Assembly (NCBI GenBank): GCA_964016885.1
Contig: OZ024744.1
Location: 98,084,001 to 98,148,000, forward strand
From: Eledone cirrhosa
Taxonomy: Eukaryota
Length of the DNA: 64,000 bases
Direction: 5' to 3'
Of the stretch, positions 12,990-25,660 are shown in pieces. The notes under the pieces were generated by a model. It worked only from the letters and a program-made list of their open reading frames with translations. It had not been told where the DNA came from and searched no databases. How positions within the stretch are numbered: the stretch's first letter is position 1; each line of letters starts with the position of its first letter. Position numbers and translations under genes: made by a program.

Positions 12990-13657
12990 TTCTGTTCCTT
13001 CTTCTTCTCATTTATCTTTTATTTCTCATTCTATCTTCTGATGAAGGACTAGTGTCCAAAACGTTAAACTAATATATTTCTTCATTGTACTGTGTTGTTT
13101 GCTTTGTTATTTCTATTAACTTTTTACATATATATATATATCATCATTTCATCCTTTCATTTTACGTCCACTTTTCCCTGCTTGCAAGGGTGGGACGGGA
13201 ACTGATTCTGGCTTGATTTCTACAGCTGGATGCCCTTCCTAACACCAACCTCATTTACAGTGAGTGCTGGATGCTTTTTTTCCGTGGCGCCTACACGTCC
13301 ACTTTGCAGTGGAATGATAGGGACCCCAGTCCCTATCATCTCATTTCTACAGCTGAGTAAACTGGAGCAATGTGAAATAAAGTGTCTTGCTCAAGGAAAC
13401 AACACATCACCCGGTCTGAGAATTGAACTCACAACCTTTCGATTGCAAGGCCAATGCTCTAACCACTAAGCCATGTGCCCCCATATATATATATAGTAAG
13501 GGGTTAACCGAACAGGGATGTGTGGACCACATAATGGTCTGTCGGTAGTGAAGTAGATAAAGGAAAGCACTCAACGACCTGTATAAAGGTGTAAGCCAGA
13601 ATATTAAATATTAATAAAAATTCGAGGCCATATTCATTTGGTTTTGATTTATTACAA

Positions 13658-13717
13658 TCCGTTATATATATTTCGCTAAGGACTATCAGTTATGACAGCC
13701 TGAGCTCCTCAGATGGT
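13658..13717 (-). ncRNA. Minimal hammerhead (family C)
   Basis: ACCAT CTGAGGA GCTCAGGCTGTCA TAAC TGATAGTCCTTAGC GAAA TATATA TA ACGGA, followed by AATAAA; stem I is imperfect. Confidence 0.6.
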
Positions 13718-14144
13718 AAACCTATAAAACAATGAAATATGAAAAAAAAACTTTAGATTTGGAAAAGGTTTATTTCTGTTGATACAGGAGGCCGGCAGAC
13801 ATGTGATGCTATTTCCTCAATGGTTGGCCCCTGTATTTTAATAAACCAAAACCAAATGACTATTGCCTCAGATTTTTATTGTAGGAGTCATGGTAAAAAG
13901 ACTCTCAGTCCCAGAATGACACTGCCTAAGGTTTTCAAATGATTTTTTTTTTATAATGAAGAATATGGGTAGGGTGCATTTAGTTATATAATTTTCTCAT
14001 TACTATGCTAGTAATTGGTACATAACTTTCTCATTACTATGCTGGTATTTGGAACATAACTTAACAAAAGTTCTCATATAAAATTATGATGAAAGGTTTT
14101 TAGATTAATATAAATATTTAATAACAAACAGTTAATCATCATAA

Positions 14145-15292
14145 ACTTGGAAGCAGGGACTAGAAAGAAAGGGTCTCAAAGTCAACATGACAAAGACTAA
14201 GGTCCTTGTAAGTAGACGAGAAAACAGAACCCAGATCCCTTCAGGGAAATGGCCTTGCTCAGTATGTAGGAAAGGTGTAGGTAGGAACTCCATTCTCTGC
14301 CCCAAATGCAAACAATGGGTACACAAGAGATGTAGCGGGATCTCAGGAAGCTTAATTAAGAATGTAGGCTTCACATGCAGCAGCTGTGCTGGGACAGCAA
14401 GCAGCAAACAGCCACAGGAAACAAGTACCACCAATCTCTGGGCGGACTCTGTAGAAACAGTAGACAGTTTCTGCTAGCTAGGTGACCGAATTAGCAGCGG
14501 AGGTGGGTGTTCAGAAAGTACAATAACTATGGTAAGAACGGGATGGAAGAAGTTCAGGGAACTAGTGCCACTGCTAGCTGCAAAAGGCTTCTCCCTCAAA
14601 ATGAAAGGCAGACTGTATGATGCGTGTATCCGAACAGCGATGTTACATGGTACTGAGACCTGCATGCTCCGATGGATGTGTAATAGTTATATATGCGAAC
14701 GACAAAGCATAAATGTATTGAGAGAGAGACTGAGCATAAGAGGAATCAAATGCTGTGTGCAGGAGAGGTGGTTGCGTTGGTATGGACATGTGATGCGTAT
14801 GAAGGATGACAACTGCATAAAAAGGTGCAGAGCACTAGAAGTCAATGGAAACCGCGGAGTGGGGAGATAAAAGGTTATATGAGGTGATAAAAGCCGACCT
14901 TACCCAATTACACCTCTCAAAGGCGATGACACACAACCGTGACCTCTGGCATCACGCAGTAATACAGAGTACCCGACCCCCCATGGGTACAAGCTGAAGC
15001 ATATAGACAATATGCCCCCACACCCTCCCACTGCAAGGTGGTCGTGGAGGTGCCACAGCAAAAAAGCACCCAGCCCACACTGTAAAGTGGACGTGTAGGC
15101 GCCACGAAAAAGCACCCAGCACTCACTGTAAATGAAGTTGGTGTTAGGAAGGGCATCCAGCTGTAGAAATCAAGCCAGATCAGTTCCTGTATGAGCAAGG
15201 CATGGTCAGCCGACCAGACACTGCCCACAACAGGACAACCCATCTAACCAATGCTAGCATGGAAGAACGGACATAAAACGGTGATGATGATG
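14145..15292 (+). mobile_element. RTE-clade LINE 3' fragment with a PHD-like Cys insert and (TGA)n tail
   Basis: GLKVNMTKTK, CSVCRKGVGRNSILCPKCKQWVHKRCSG and RWYGHVMRM motifs. Confidence 0.85.
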
Positions 15293-17539
15293 AAACCCAG
15301 GGGCAGTTTCAACCTGTTTAGTATCAGTCTGATATGTATAACAATGTAGGTGCTGAAAATAGCAATTAATTAATTCATTTATTCATTCATAGTGCAGCAT
15401 GCTTTTGGATAATTTGAAATACAATATATTCCTTTTTTTTTTATTTTGTAACCCTTTAGCATTTAAACCAGCCATATTCGGCCAGAATTCCCTAACCTCT
15501 TTCTGTTCAAACCAGTCGTAACCAGCTGCTCATACCAATGTTAAGTTATTGTTCTCAAAATAAATGTTTCTACTTTTGGCACAAGGCCAGCAATCACCAG
15601 TACATTACTGGTATTTTATTTAATCGACCCTGTAAGGAAAGTTAACCTCGACGGGATTTGAACTCAGAATGGCAAGGGGCCTAACTCTATGCATCAAAGC
15701 ATAGTGTCCGACCCTCTACCGATACTGCCAATCTACCGTTCTCAAAATAAATAATTGTTTCTACTTTAGGCACAAGGCCAGCAATTATCCAGCGCATTAC
15801 TGGTACTTTATTTTATCGACCCCGTAAGGATGAAAGGCAAAGTCAATCTCGGCGGGATTTGAACTCAATCAAAATCTCAGAGATTCAATATTATGTGAGG
15901 TAAAGCCTTTATCACGAAAATATGAAAGTAAATATACAGTAATGTAAATACTAAAGGGTTAAGGAACATACATCTTACCCATGCTAGTGAAGCAAAATGG
16001 ATGTTAAATGGTGGTGGTGGAGCTGGTGGTAGTAATGGTGGTAATGATGGTGATGATGATGGTGATGATGATGATGATGAAAACTAGTCATACAAAATTA
16101 TAATAAAATTCAACTAGGAAATGTTTTCCAATAGAAGGAGATGAGACTGTCGAAGATCACGCCATCTAGCGTCGACTGTGATGCCAGTTGATTGATCTTC
16201 TACAAGACTTTAGGGGAAGACCCTATACAAAAACCAAAGATTACTCTGACATTTGGTTCAGGGCATTAAAACTACCCTTTCCAGTTTTCTTTCATACTGT
16301 TCAGAACAGACTAGGACCACTCAGTCTCACCAATCTTGTCAAGGAATCTAAAACAGGGACACAAATAGGGCTATTAAGTTCTGGGGGAGATGATGATGAT
16401 GATGGTGATTGGTGGTGATGGTGGTGATGGTGAGTGATGGTGATGATGATGATGATGATGATGACAGCTTTACCAAGAAAATACCCCAAATGGTCATACA
16501 ATAGCTTTTATCACTATGTGGGCAGATTAGTTACATCATCATCACCGTTTTACATCCATTCTTCTATGCTAGCATGGGTTAGACGGGTTGTCCTGTTGAT
16601 GGCAATGCCAGGTCAGGTGACCTTGTCTTGCTCATACAGGACTGATTCTGGCTTGGTGTCTTCAGCTGGATGCTCTTCCTAACACCAACCTCATTTACAG
16701 TGAGTACTGGGTACTTTTTACTATGGCACCTCCACAACCACTTTACAGTGAGTACTGGGTGCTTTTTTAGCGTGGCGCCCACACAACCACTTTACAGTGG
16801 GTGGGGGTGGGGTCATATCGTCTATATGCTTCAGCTTGTACCCGTGGGAAGTCGGGACTGCCGTAATACTGTGTAACACCAGAGGTTTTGGTCCTGTCTC
16901 ATCGCCTTTGAGAGGTGCAATTAAGCAAGATCAGCTTTTATCACTTCATCCCAGGTTTTCTTGGCTTCACTCCAAGGCTTCCATCAACTTTTAGTGCTCT
17001 GCACCTTTTTATGCAGCTGTCATCCTTCTTACGCATCGCATGTCCATACCAACACAACCTCCTCTCCTGCACACAGCATTTGGATTATTCAAATTATACT
17101 AACCAACTTATTTACGGCTTTGCTTGCACGCACTCTATAAATGTGGTAATACCTATATTAATGTTAAACATCCTATAATGATTTAACAGAAAATGTCTAA
17201 AATATAGGTTTGTTAATTCAAATGTTTATAGTATCTTTACTAGTGGACAGATTGTTCTGAAAATTTACAGTATTAGACTTTAATATTTAATGTGATACCG
17301 TCATAATACTGTTTTGTACTTTTCAAGCATGTCTTGCTGTGATTTCATGTGGTACACAAGTTAAATTTATCTTAAACATTTTTTAACAAGTGCTTATTTG
17401 TGCATAAATATTTATTATTTATTTAATTCTGTTGCCTTTGATTGCACATTATGCAAATTAGACAAACCATATCAGTTAAGTTCTGTTTTGCGTTTGATGT
17501 AAATAGTATTTGATTATCTTGCTCAGAATATTGATCTAG

Positions 17540-17995
17540 AAACTGTTCAGTCGTACAACCTAATGAATACCCTCCATCAGGTATCAACCATACTCTGAAC
17601 ACCTTGCTACCATGGGCATGGATACATTAAAGCTTTTTGAATTCCGAATGTCTAACACCCATCGACATGCTTACAAAATCAGAAAACAGCGCAGCTTCCA
17701 TGACTTTCGGAAACATTTTTTCACACTCAGAGTTACTGAAACATGGAACAAACTACCTGCATTAGTTGTTAGCTGCTGGGACACTGGATGCTTCTCAAAA
17801 TTCGCCAACACTACACCTGATGTCCCCCCCTCCATGTACAAGCACGCATCTGCCTGTGTGTATATCATGATTCATACATTGTTCATTTTCCTGACATTTG
17901 TACATTATTCTATCTACTATACATGCACCTTTGATGAGTTGTAGTGCACCTGAGCACTGTACACAAACATTTTCATTATTATTATTAAGTTGTCT
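17540..17995 (+). mobile_element. CR1-like LINE 3' fragment
   Basis: HAYKIRKQ..FRKHFFTLRVTETWNKLP C-terminal signature and an (ATT)n tail. Confidence 0.75.
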
Positions 17996-18519
17996 TTATA
18001 AGCAGAATGATGAGAGTACTTGCCATCTGATGAACATTCAAACAGCTATGAAACAGGCAATAGAAATCTCTTATTATTTTCTGTTTGAAGAGGATAACAG
18101 GATGTTTTCACATTTATTTACATTTTCACAGCAAGAATTATACTGTAGTTATACCTAGATTAAACTTATCTTAGATTTCAATTTTAAAAATATCCATCGT
18201 AACCACTTTTTTTGTTTTTATTCTGTAACTCCTGAGGGAATTGTAGGAGTGCTGTGTTGACATGCGGCGTTCCAAGGGCATTTTTTATACCTGACAGAGC
18301 CCCTCTCCATTCCAAGTCTTCCAGCAGATTTCTTCCAGAGAAGGATAAGGAGAGTGAAAAAATGGAAGTGGGGAAAGAGATATAGAGGAAGAATCGACCC
18401 CAGTACTAGACTGGTACTTTTTTTTTATATCAACCTTGAATGGATATCCAATTTTTATATATTCCATTTAAATATAAATAAAATACAGCACACAAGACAA
18501 AAATTTGTTTTTAGAAATA

Positions 18520-18529
18520 TTTATTTATT
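18520..18529 (-). terminator. Polyadenylation signal (overlapping AATAAA)
   Basis: The + strand reads tttatttatt; a U/GU-rich tract lies downstream on the minus strand. Confidence 0.65.
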
Positions 18530-18582
18530 TCATAAAAATGTTGTTGAAAGAATTTCAAACTTGTCAGCATTGGTTAATTTGT

Positions 18583-18655
18583 CCATTGAAAGCTATCATA
18601 GTCATGCCATTCCCAAGAAGGGTTTTTCCCATGTCTATTCATAAAGCAACAATCA
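18583..18655 (-). promoter_or_regulatory. SECIS element (form 2-like)
   Basis: Minus strand reads GCUUU AUGA AUAGACAUGGG AAAAA CCC UUCUU GGG AAUGG CAUGACUA UGAU AGC. It has the AUGA/GA quartet, 11 nt to the unpaired AA, helix UAG-A-CAUG/CAUG-A-CUA and an apical CCC/GGG minihelix. Confidence 0.85.
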
Positions 18656-18755
18656 GATAAACCAACACCAAGTTGTTTGCTGGAAAATAGAAAAGTGAAA
18701 GAAAACATTAATTGCATGAGAAATATTTCTAAAAATAAATTATCATTTTAATTAG

Positions 18756-19315
18756 ATGAGAGACTATGTAAAGTACATCTCTAAAATCATCAAGAAGGCC
18801 CCAGGTGTCTTAATATCACTTAGTAAGACCTTTGTCAGCTGCTCTCCAGTTATTTATTTAAAGCTATGGTGCAGCCACGCTTGGAATTTGCATCAACCAT
18901 ACTCTGAATGCTTTGCTTCCCTGGGCATGGATACATTGAAGCTCCGACGTCTGGCAACTGAGTTGGTAAACACCCACAAAATTATTATCCATCTTACCAA
19001 CAACAACCCTGAGCACCTTTTTGATTTCCATGTGTCTAACACCCATGGACATGCTTTTGTCAGCTGTCATGCAGTTGTTAGCTGTTGGGACACTGGATCC
19101 TTCAAAACTTCCATGCTGCCTGAAATTAGCCAACACTACACCTGATATTCCCCCTCCATACACACGCACACATGTGTGTGAATCATGACTCATACACTGT
19201 ACACTTTCCTGACATTTGTACATTATTCTATGTACTATTCATACACCTTTGATGAGTTGTAGTGCACCTGAGCATTGTACACAACAATTTTCATTATCAT
19301 TTAATTATCATTATC
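18756..19315 (+). mobile_element. CR1-like LINE 3' fragment
   Basis: LGMDTLKLRRLATELVNTHKII motif; same 3'UTR as 17540. Short 3' pieces also occur at 34480-34620 and 54825-55060 (minus). Confidence 0.75.
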
Positions 19316-19399
19316 ATTAAATGATAGAAAACAAAATTTTAATCTAGAAATGAGTAAACAAATGTTATTCTGAGTTCTGTTTCCACATCCAAAATTTAT

Positions 19400-20380
19400 T
19401 CTCTAATTCTTCCACACATTCAGCTACGAGGACCAGATCATTAGCATACAGAAGTTCCCATGGACAATCAGTCTTAAACTCCTCTATTATGGCCTGAAGA
19501 ACTATGATAAACAGAAGTGGACTAAGAACTGAACCCTAATGTACTCCTACCTGACCCTTGAATTCCTTGCTAAATTAATTACCTACTCTCATTTACTGAC
19601 AGCACCTCTGTACATGGCTTGCACTGCTCTTACAAGCCAATCTTCTACACCTAGATTCCTTAAGGACCACCAGATGACAGATTGTGATACTCTGTCAAAG
19701 GCTTTCTCCAGATCAACAAAAGCTAGATATAGAATCTTACTCTTAACTAAGAACTTCTCTTGTAGTTGTCTTACTAAAAAGAAGGAATCTGTGGTGTTCA
19801 TCCTTGCCATGAAACCAAACTGCATCTCATCTAATTTGATTCTTTCCCTAATTAGTTGTGCTAGAATTCTTTCTGTCACTTTCATAACCAGACCCGTCAG
19901 CTTTATTTCCCTGTAGTTGCTCTGTTATGATTGTAGTTGCTCTGCCAGTCATTGAGTATGACTCCGTCCTGTCCTGTAATACCTGATTGACTATGCGGGT
20001 TACTAACTGACTCCTACCTCTCCAGATGCGTTCAGCATCTCAGCAACTATCTCCGATGGTTCCGCAGCTTTACCATTTTTCATTTTCTTGATTGCTTTTT
20101 GACCCTATAATTGCCAGCTTCAATAGCTGGTCCCTCTGTTGGGTCAGTTGGGGGGTACTCTCCCATTCATTCTCTACATTCAATAACCTCTCATAACAAC
20201 CTTTTCAGCCCTCTTTATTTAGAGCAGCAGGGGTGCTAAGTACACCAGTGTCATTGTGAAAACACACTTTTCTCCAACAACATCCTGATTTACACTGACA
20301 TACCACCTTGCAATGCAGAACACCTCACGTCTCAGATCTGTACAGTACAAGATATTAGCAAATATCCTTCATTCAGCCAA
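19400..20380 (-). mobile_element. RTE LINE reverse transcriptase fragment (pseudogenised)
   Basis: MQFGFM..FLVRQLQEK..AFVDLEKAFDRV. Confidence 0.85.
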
Positions 20381-20515
20381 TGATGGTAATGAAAATGATG
20401 ATGATGATGATCACTTTAAAACAAGTATTTTTTTTTTGTAGAACCAGTTTCAGGTATTTTGGTATCCAAAGGGTTAAGTTAATAAGGACTTACACTTCTT
20501 TTTCTCAAAAATAAT

Positions 20516-20593
20516 TTATTTCTTCAATGCAGCTTTAACTCCACTTAAAATGCGGTCATATTTTTCATCAGTGTTAACATAACCATCGCCATT
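20516..20593 (-). CDS. SELENOW: SelW coding exon 5 NGDGYVNTDEKYDRILSGVKAALKK* (exon continues as UTR to the donor at 20494)
   Basis: ttttcag|AATGGCGATGGTTAT...AAGAAATAA, then 22 nt of UTR and gtaagt. Confidence 0.92.
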   Translation of the reverse strand, partial: NGDGYVNTDEKYDRILSGVKAALKK

Positions 20594-21749
20594 CTGAAAA
20601 TATTCAACAACAAAAATATAAATTACTGTAAATACTCAAACATAAGACGCAGTAGAGGAAGACCACAAAAGACGTGGGCGGAGGTGGTGAGAACAGACTT
20701 CAGATCACCTGAAGCTCACGGAGGAGATGACGAAGGACTGTGACAAGTGGAGAGATGCTGTGCTGAATAGAACTCGTCCCACCCTTGCAAGCAGGGAATA
20801 GCGGATGTAAAATGATGATGATGATGATGATGAAGCCAACACAAATATGAAACTTAAGTACCTGTACATGTTACTGTTGTAACTAATTATACTTAACTCA
20901 GTCTATGGACTGAGTGCTCTAAACCCTTGGATATTTACACCAAGTTTGTACTACAGTATATATAAAACCTCAATCTTAACAAATATATTTTTATTTCATC
21001 TATAACCAATAACCAGCACTAATAAAGTCACCAAGGAAATATCTACTACATCTAGCAAGCAATCTGAGCAGCTCATAGATGCTGTTGTGGTGGTTGGTGG
21101 TGCCATTATAGATATATATCATCATCATTATTAATGGCAAGTAGAGGGTCGGACGCCATGCTTTGAAGCATAGAGTTACCTCCCTGTATGATCTGAGTTC
21201 AAATCCAGCCGAGGTTAACTTTGCCTTTCATCCTTACGGGGTCGATAAAATAAAGTACCAGTAATGCACTGGGGTAATTGCTGGCCTTGTGCCAAAAGTA
21301 GAAACAATTATTAATGGCAAATTGCAGTGGATTGCCAGTATCGGTAGAGGGTCGGGCACCATGCTTTGACGCATAGAGTTACGGCCCTTGCCCCTTGCCA
21401 TTCTGCGTTCAAATCCCCCCAAGGTTAACTTTACCTTTCATCCTTACGGGGTCGATAAAATAAAGTACCAGTAATACACTGGGTAATTTGCTGGCCTTGT
21501 GCCTAACGTAGAAACAATTATTAATGGCAAATTAGAGAAGCTTGTCATTTGTACTGTATATCTTCAATAACTGTTTCTACTTTAGGCACAAGGCCAGCAA
21601 TCACCCAGTACATTACTGGTACTTTATTTTATCGACCCCGTAAGGATGAAAGGCAAAGTCAACCTCGGCGGGATTTGAACTCAGATCGTAAAGGGACGTA
21701 ACTATGCTGGAAAGCATGGCGTCCGACCGTCTACCGATACTGCCAATCC

Positions 21750-22222
21750 AACCACGACCAACTACAACAACAACAGCACCACCAACACCACGACAGCCAC
21801 CACCAACAACAACACCACAACCACCAACACCACGACAGCCACCACCTACAACACCACAACCACCACCACCACAAACAACAGCACCAGATGGTGGTGTTGG
21901 TGGTTGTGGTGTTGTTGGTGGTGGTGGTTGTGGTGGTGTTGTTGGTGGTGGCTGTGGTGGTGTTGGTGGTGTTGGTGGTGCTGGTGGTGGTTGTGGTGTT
22001 GTTGTTGGTGGTGCTGTTGGTGGTTGTGGTGGTGGTTGTGTTGTTGTAGGTGGTGGCTGTGGTGGTGTTGGTGGTGCTGTTGGTGGTTGTGGTGTTGTTG
22101 TTGGTGGTGGTGGTGGGTTTGGTGGTGTTGGTGGTGCTGTTGGTGGTTGTGGTGTTGCAGGTGGTGGTGTTGGTGGTGCTGTTGGTGGTTGTGGTGGTGT
22201 TGTTGTAGTTGATCGTGGTTAT
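21750..22222. repeat. Back-to-back (CAC/CAA)n and (GGT/TGT)n low-complexity tracts forming the core of an inverted duplication
   Basis: Strand switch near 21888; the flanks are inverted copies of each other. Confidence 0.85.
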
Positions 22223-22763
22223 TGAAGATATACAGTACAAATGACAAGCTTCTCTAATTTGCCATTAACAATGATGATATATATATATGCATGTATGTAT
22301 GTATGTATGTATGTCTATGGTGGTGCTACAACAACAAAAGCTCTCAGTCCGCCATGTAGAGTGATCCTACTAGTAACTTGACAAAAAACCACCCAGCCCA
22401 TCCTGTTAGATAGTCAAGCTGGTATCATCATCATCGTCATCATCATCATTTTCCCTGCTTGCAAGGCTGGGACGGGAACTGATTCTGGCTTGATTTCTAC
22501 AGCTGGATGCCCTTCCTAACACCAACCTCATTTACAGTGAGTGCTGGGTGCTTTTTTGCCGTGGCACCTCCACGACCACTTTGCAGTGGAATGATATGGG
22601 CCCCAGTCCCTATCATCTCATTTCTACAGCTGAGTAAACTGGAGCAATGTGAAATAAAGTGTCTTGCTCAAGGAAACAACACATCACCCAGTCTGAGAAT
22701 TGAACTCACAACCTTTCGATTGCAAGGCCAATGCTCTAACCACTAAGCCATGTGCCTCCATTT

Positions 22764-22833
<70 letters not shown>

Positions 22834-23464
22834 CCATGGAGTGGGAAGACCCAGAAATACTTGGGATGAGGTGATAAAAGCTGACCTTGCACAACTGCAC
22901 CTCTGACGTTATGTAGTAATACAGGAGACCCACTTTCCCATGAGCACAGGTTGAAACATAAATATAGCATGCACCGCCTTTGCCTCTATCACCCCTTCCA
23001 TCCACCTCCCACGTCCTAACATTTTGCCCCTCACATATGCTCATATACCCATCTCTCTAATCCCCACACACTTCTCCCACCAAAGAACCCAGGCCCCACT
23101 GTAAAGAACACCCAGTCCACACTGTAAAGTGGTCATGTAGGCGTCACAACAAAAAGTACCCAGTCCACACTGTAAAGTGGTCGTGTAGGTGACATGGCAA
23201 AAAGTACCCAGTACTTACAGAAAATGTGGTTGGCGTTAGGAAGGGCACCCAGCTGTAGAAACGAAGCCAAAATCAGTTCTGTATGAGCAAAACATGGTTA
23301 CCTGACATTGCCCACAACAGGACAACTCATCTAACCCATGCTAGCGTGGAAAAATGGACACTAAACGGTGATGATGATAATGATGATGATGATATATATA
23401 TATCACAGTTAACTCCATTATATATCAGATATGAAATTTGAAGAAAAAAAATTCTAAAACATAC

Positions 23465-23542
23465 CTTTTTGGAATGAAGCATTTTACCACCAACTACGCT
23501 CACTTCAAGCCAACCAGTTTGACTTGGAGTAGCTTCACAACT
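23465..23542 (-). CDS. SELENOW: SelW coding exon 4 (78 nt) SCEATPSQTGWLEVSVVGGKMLHSKK
   Basis: ttttgcag|AGTTGT...AAAAAG|gtatgt; carries the Rdx-family TG.(F/L)EV motif; lies inside ORF 23327..23548. Confidence 0.93.
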
Positions 23543-23964
23543 CTGCAAAATAAATTTTATTTTTCATCATTATTTCATATATTGTGTTTTGTTTAGCTTC
23601 AGTAAATTAAACATTTTTTTGCTCAAAACAGAAATTATACAACACTGAACATGGCACACGCTGTCAATATGATAGGCATTAGGAAGGGCATCCAGCCGTA
23701 GAATACCAGCCAGAAACACTCCTATTTGTGCGAGACACGGTCACCCGACACAACTTGTCTCTAATTGGGACAAACCTGTCTAACCCATGCTACCGTGGAA
23801 GATAGACGTTAATCGATGATGATGATCATCATCATCATCATCACCATTTATAATGTGTGAAAGCAAAGGTTTAAAATTGTTGAAGGTGAACATAGCAAGC
23901 AAGGAAAGATAAATGTGATAATAGAAATATATACTCAAATATAAACTGACACAAATATAAGCAG

Positions 23965-24206
23965 CAGGGCCTATGAGCGGGGAAGCCCAAGAGCTAATGT
24001 GGTTTTATGAGCTGATGTGGTTTCATGTGGTACAGGATGTTAAAAGTTAATGTGGTTTCATATGGTACAGGACGTTAAGGTTCTGGAGCCCAAGAGCTAA
24101 AAAGGCCCCACAGCAACCATGCAACATCCGTTTTGAGAAAAATCTTGGCCTACTTCGGGCCCCAAAGGAGTCTTGCACTGCCTTACAAAATTTCTTTGAG
24201 GCCCTG
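23965..24206. mobile_element. hAT-like MITE
   Basis: CAGGGCC...GGCCCTG termini with a perfect 8-bp TSD ATAAGCAG; nested in a Tc/mariner-like element at ~23925-24730. Confidence 0.75.
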
Positions 24207-24655
24207 ATAAGCAGACTCCTACAATTTTATGTCTGAAAAAAGGGCAAAAACCCAAACCTTATTTACATAGAATATTAAGTTGGTGAAAATCATCAAAATA
24301 TTGACCCCGAATATAAGCGAACCCCCTCTTCTCCCATTGATTTTTTGTCATATATTCTTCGGCTTATAATTGACTATATCTGGTGATAATGTGGTTTCCT
24401 GTGGTACAGAATGTTAAGACTTAATGTGGTTTCGTGTGGTACAGGATGTTGCGGGTTAATGTGGTTTCATGTGATACAGGATGTTAATAGTTAAATATAA
24501 GCTGATACAAATATAAGCCAACCCCACTATTTTATATCTGAGAAATGGGCAAAAAACCCAAACCTTATTTACAAAGAATTTTAAGTTGGTGAAAATCATA
24601 AAATATTAACCCCGAATATAAGTTGTCACCTCACCCCCCTCTATTTCACCATCAA

Positions 24656-24687
<32 letters not shown>

Positions 24688-25279
24688 GGGGTCACATATT
24701 CCTCGGCTTATATTTAAGTATATACAGTAACTGAAAAGTTCAAGTAATATATGCAGAGGAAAATATAAAAACTAGTAAATACAATAGTTAGAGTTAGAGT
24801 TGTACTTAACAGGTCAAATTTAAACCTGCCATTACTGGCCACTTATACTAATGTTAAGGTATTGTTCTCAAAATAAATAACATCAAAATCTCATAGATTC
24901 GATATTATGTGAGATAAATACAATAGTATTTATAGAGTAATGTAAATGCTAAAGGGTTAAGTTTCAAATTCAAGCAGAAAAGTCATAGAATACTGGTAAA
25001 GAACGAAAAACTGCTAATAACTTCATAAAATACATGTCTACAATAACAGACGCAGTAAAAATATTCCTAGCGTTATGCAGTAATGCAGAAGACCTGCCTT
25101 CCCATGTGCAGGAGCTGAAGCATACATCTAGTATGCGGCACCTTCCCTTCCATCACACCTCCCATACACCACCCATATCATAACCCAACCCCCATTCTAA
25201 CACCCACACTTCTAGATCTACCTCCCCAACCCCAATGCATCTCCCCCACACAGGTCCCCAATTCACACAATAAAGTGGT

Positions 25280-25660
25280 CATTTTGGTGCCACGACAACG
25301 AGCACCCACTCCACACAGTAAAGTGGTCATATAGGTGTCATGACAAAAGGCACCCACCCCACACTGTAAAGTGGTGGTGTGGGTGTCATGACAAAAGACA
25401 CCCACCCCACACTGTAAAGTGGTGGTGTAGGTGTCATGACAAAAGGCACTCAGCCCACACTGTAAAGTGCTTGTGTAGGTGTTATGACAAAAGGCACCCA
25501 GCCCACACTGTAGAATGGTTGTGTAGGTATCACGATAAAAAGCACCCGATCTACACTGTAAAGTGGTTGTGTAGGTGTTATGACAAAAAGCACCCAGTCC
25601 ACACTGTAAAATGGTCATGTTGGTGACACAACAAAAGGCACCCAGCACACACTACAAATC
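25280..25660. repeat. 48-bp minisatellite in an RTE 3'UTR module
   Basis: Unit approx. aaaaagcacccagcccacactgtaaagtggtcgtgtaggtgtcacgac. Confidence 0.85.

Larger units (their letters stand above)
18500..18679 (-). other. SELENOW: SelW terminal non-coding 3'UTR exon
   Basis: Strong acceptor tttcacttttctattttccag at 18680; contains the SECIS and overlapping AATAAA hexamers. The 3' end is approximate. Confidence 0.8.

Noticed and set aside
16120-16200. Possible plus-strand terminal exon after ttttccaatag
   Set aside because: The peptide is short and unrecognisable, and no supporting upstream exons were found.
18574-18679. Open frame KQLGVGLSDCCF...WTN* in the last SelW exon
   Set aside because: It lies downstream of the true stop, is out of phase with exon 4 if exon 5 were skipped, and overlaps the SECIS.
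21704-22247. Pro/Thr/Gly/His-rich ORFs
   Set aside because: They are translations of trinucleotide low-complexity DNA.
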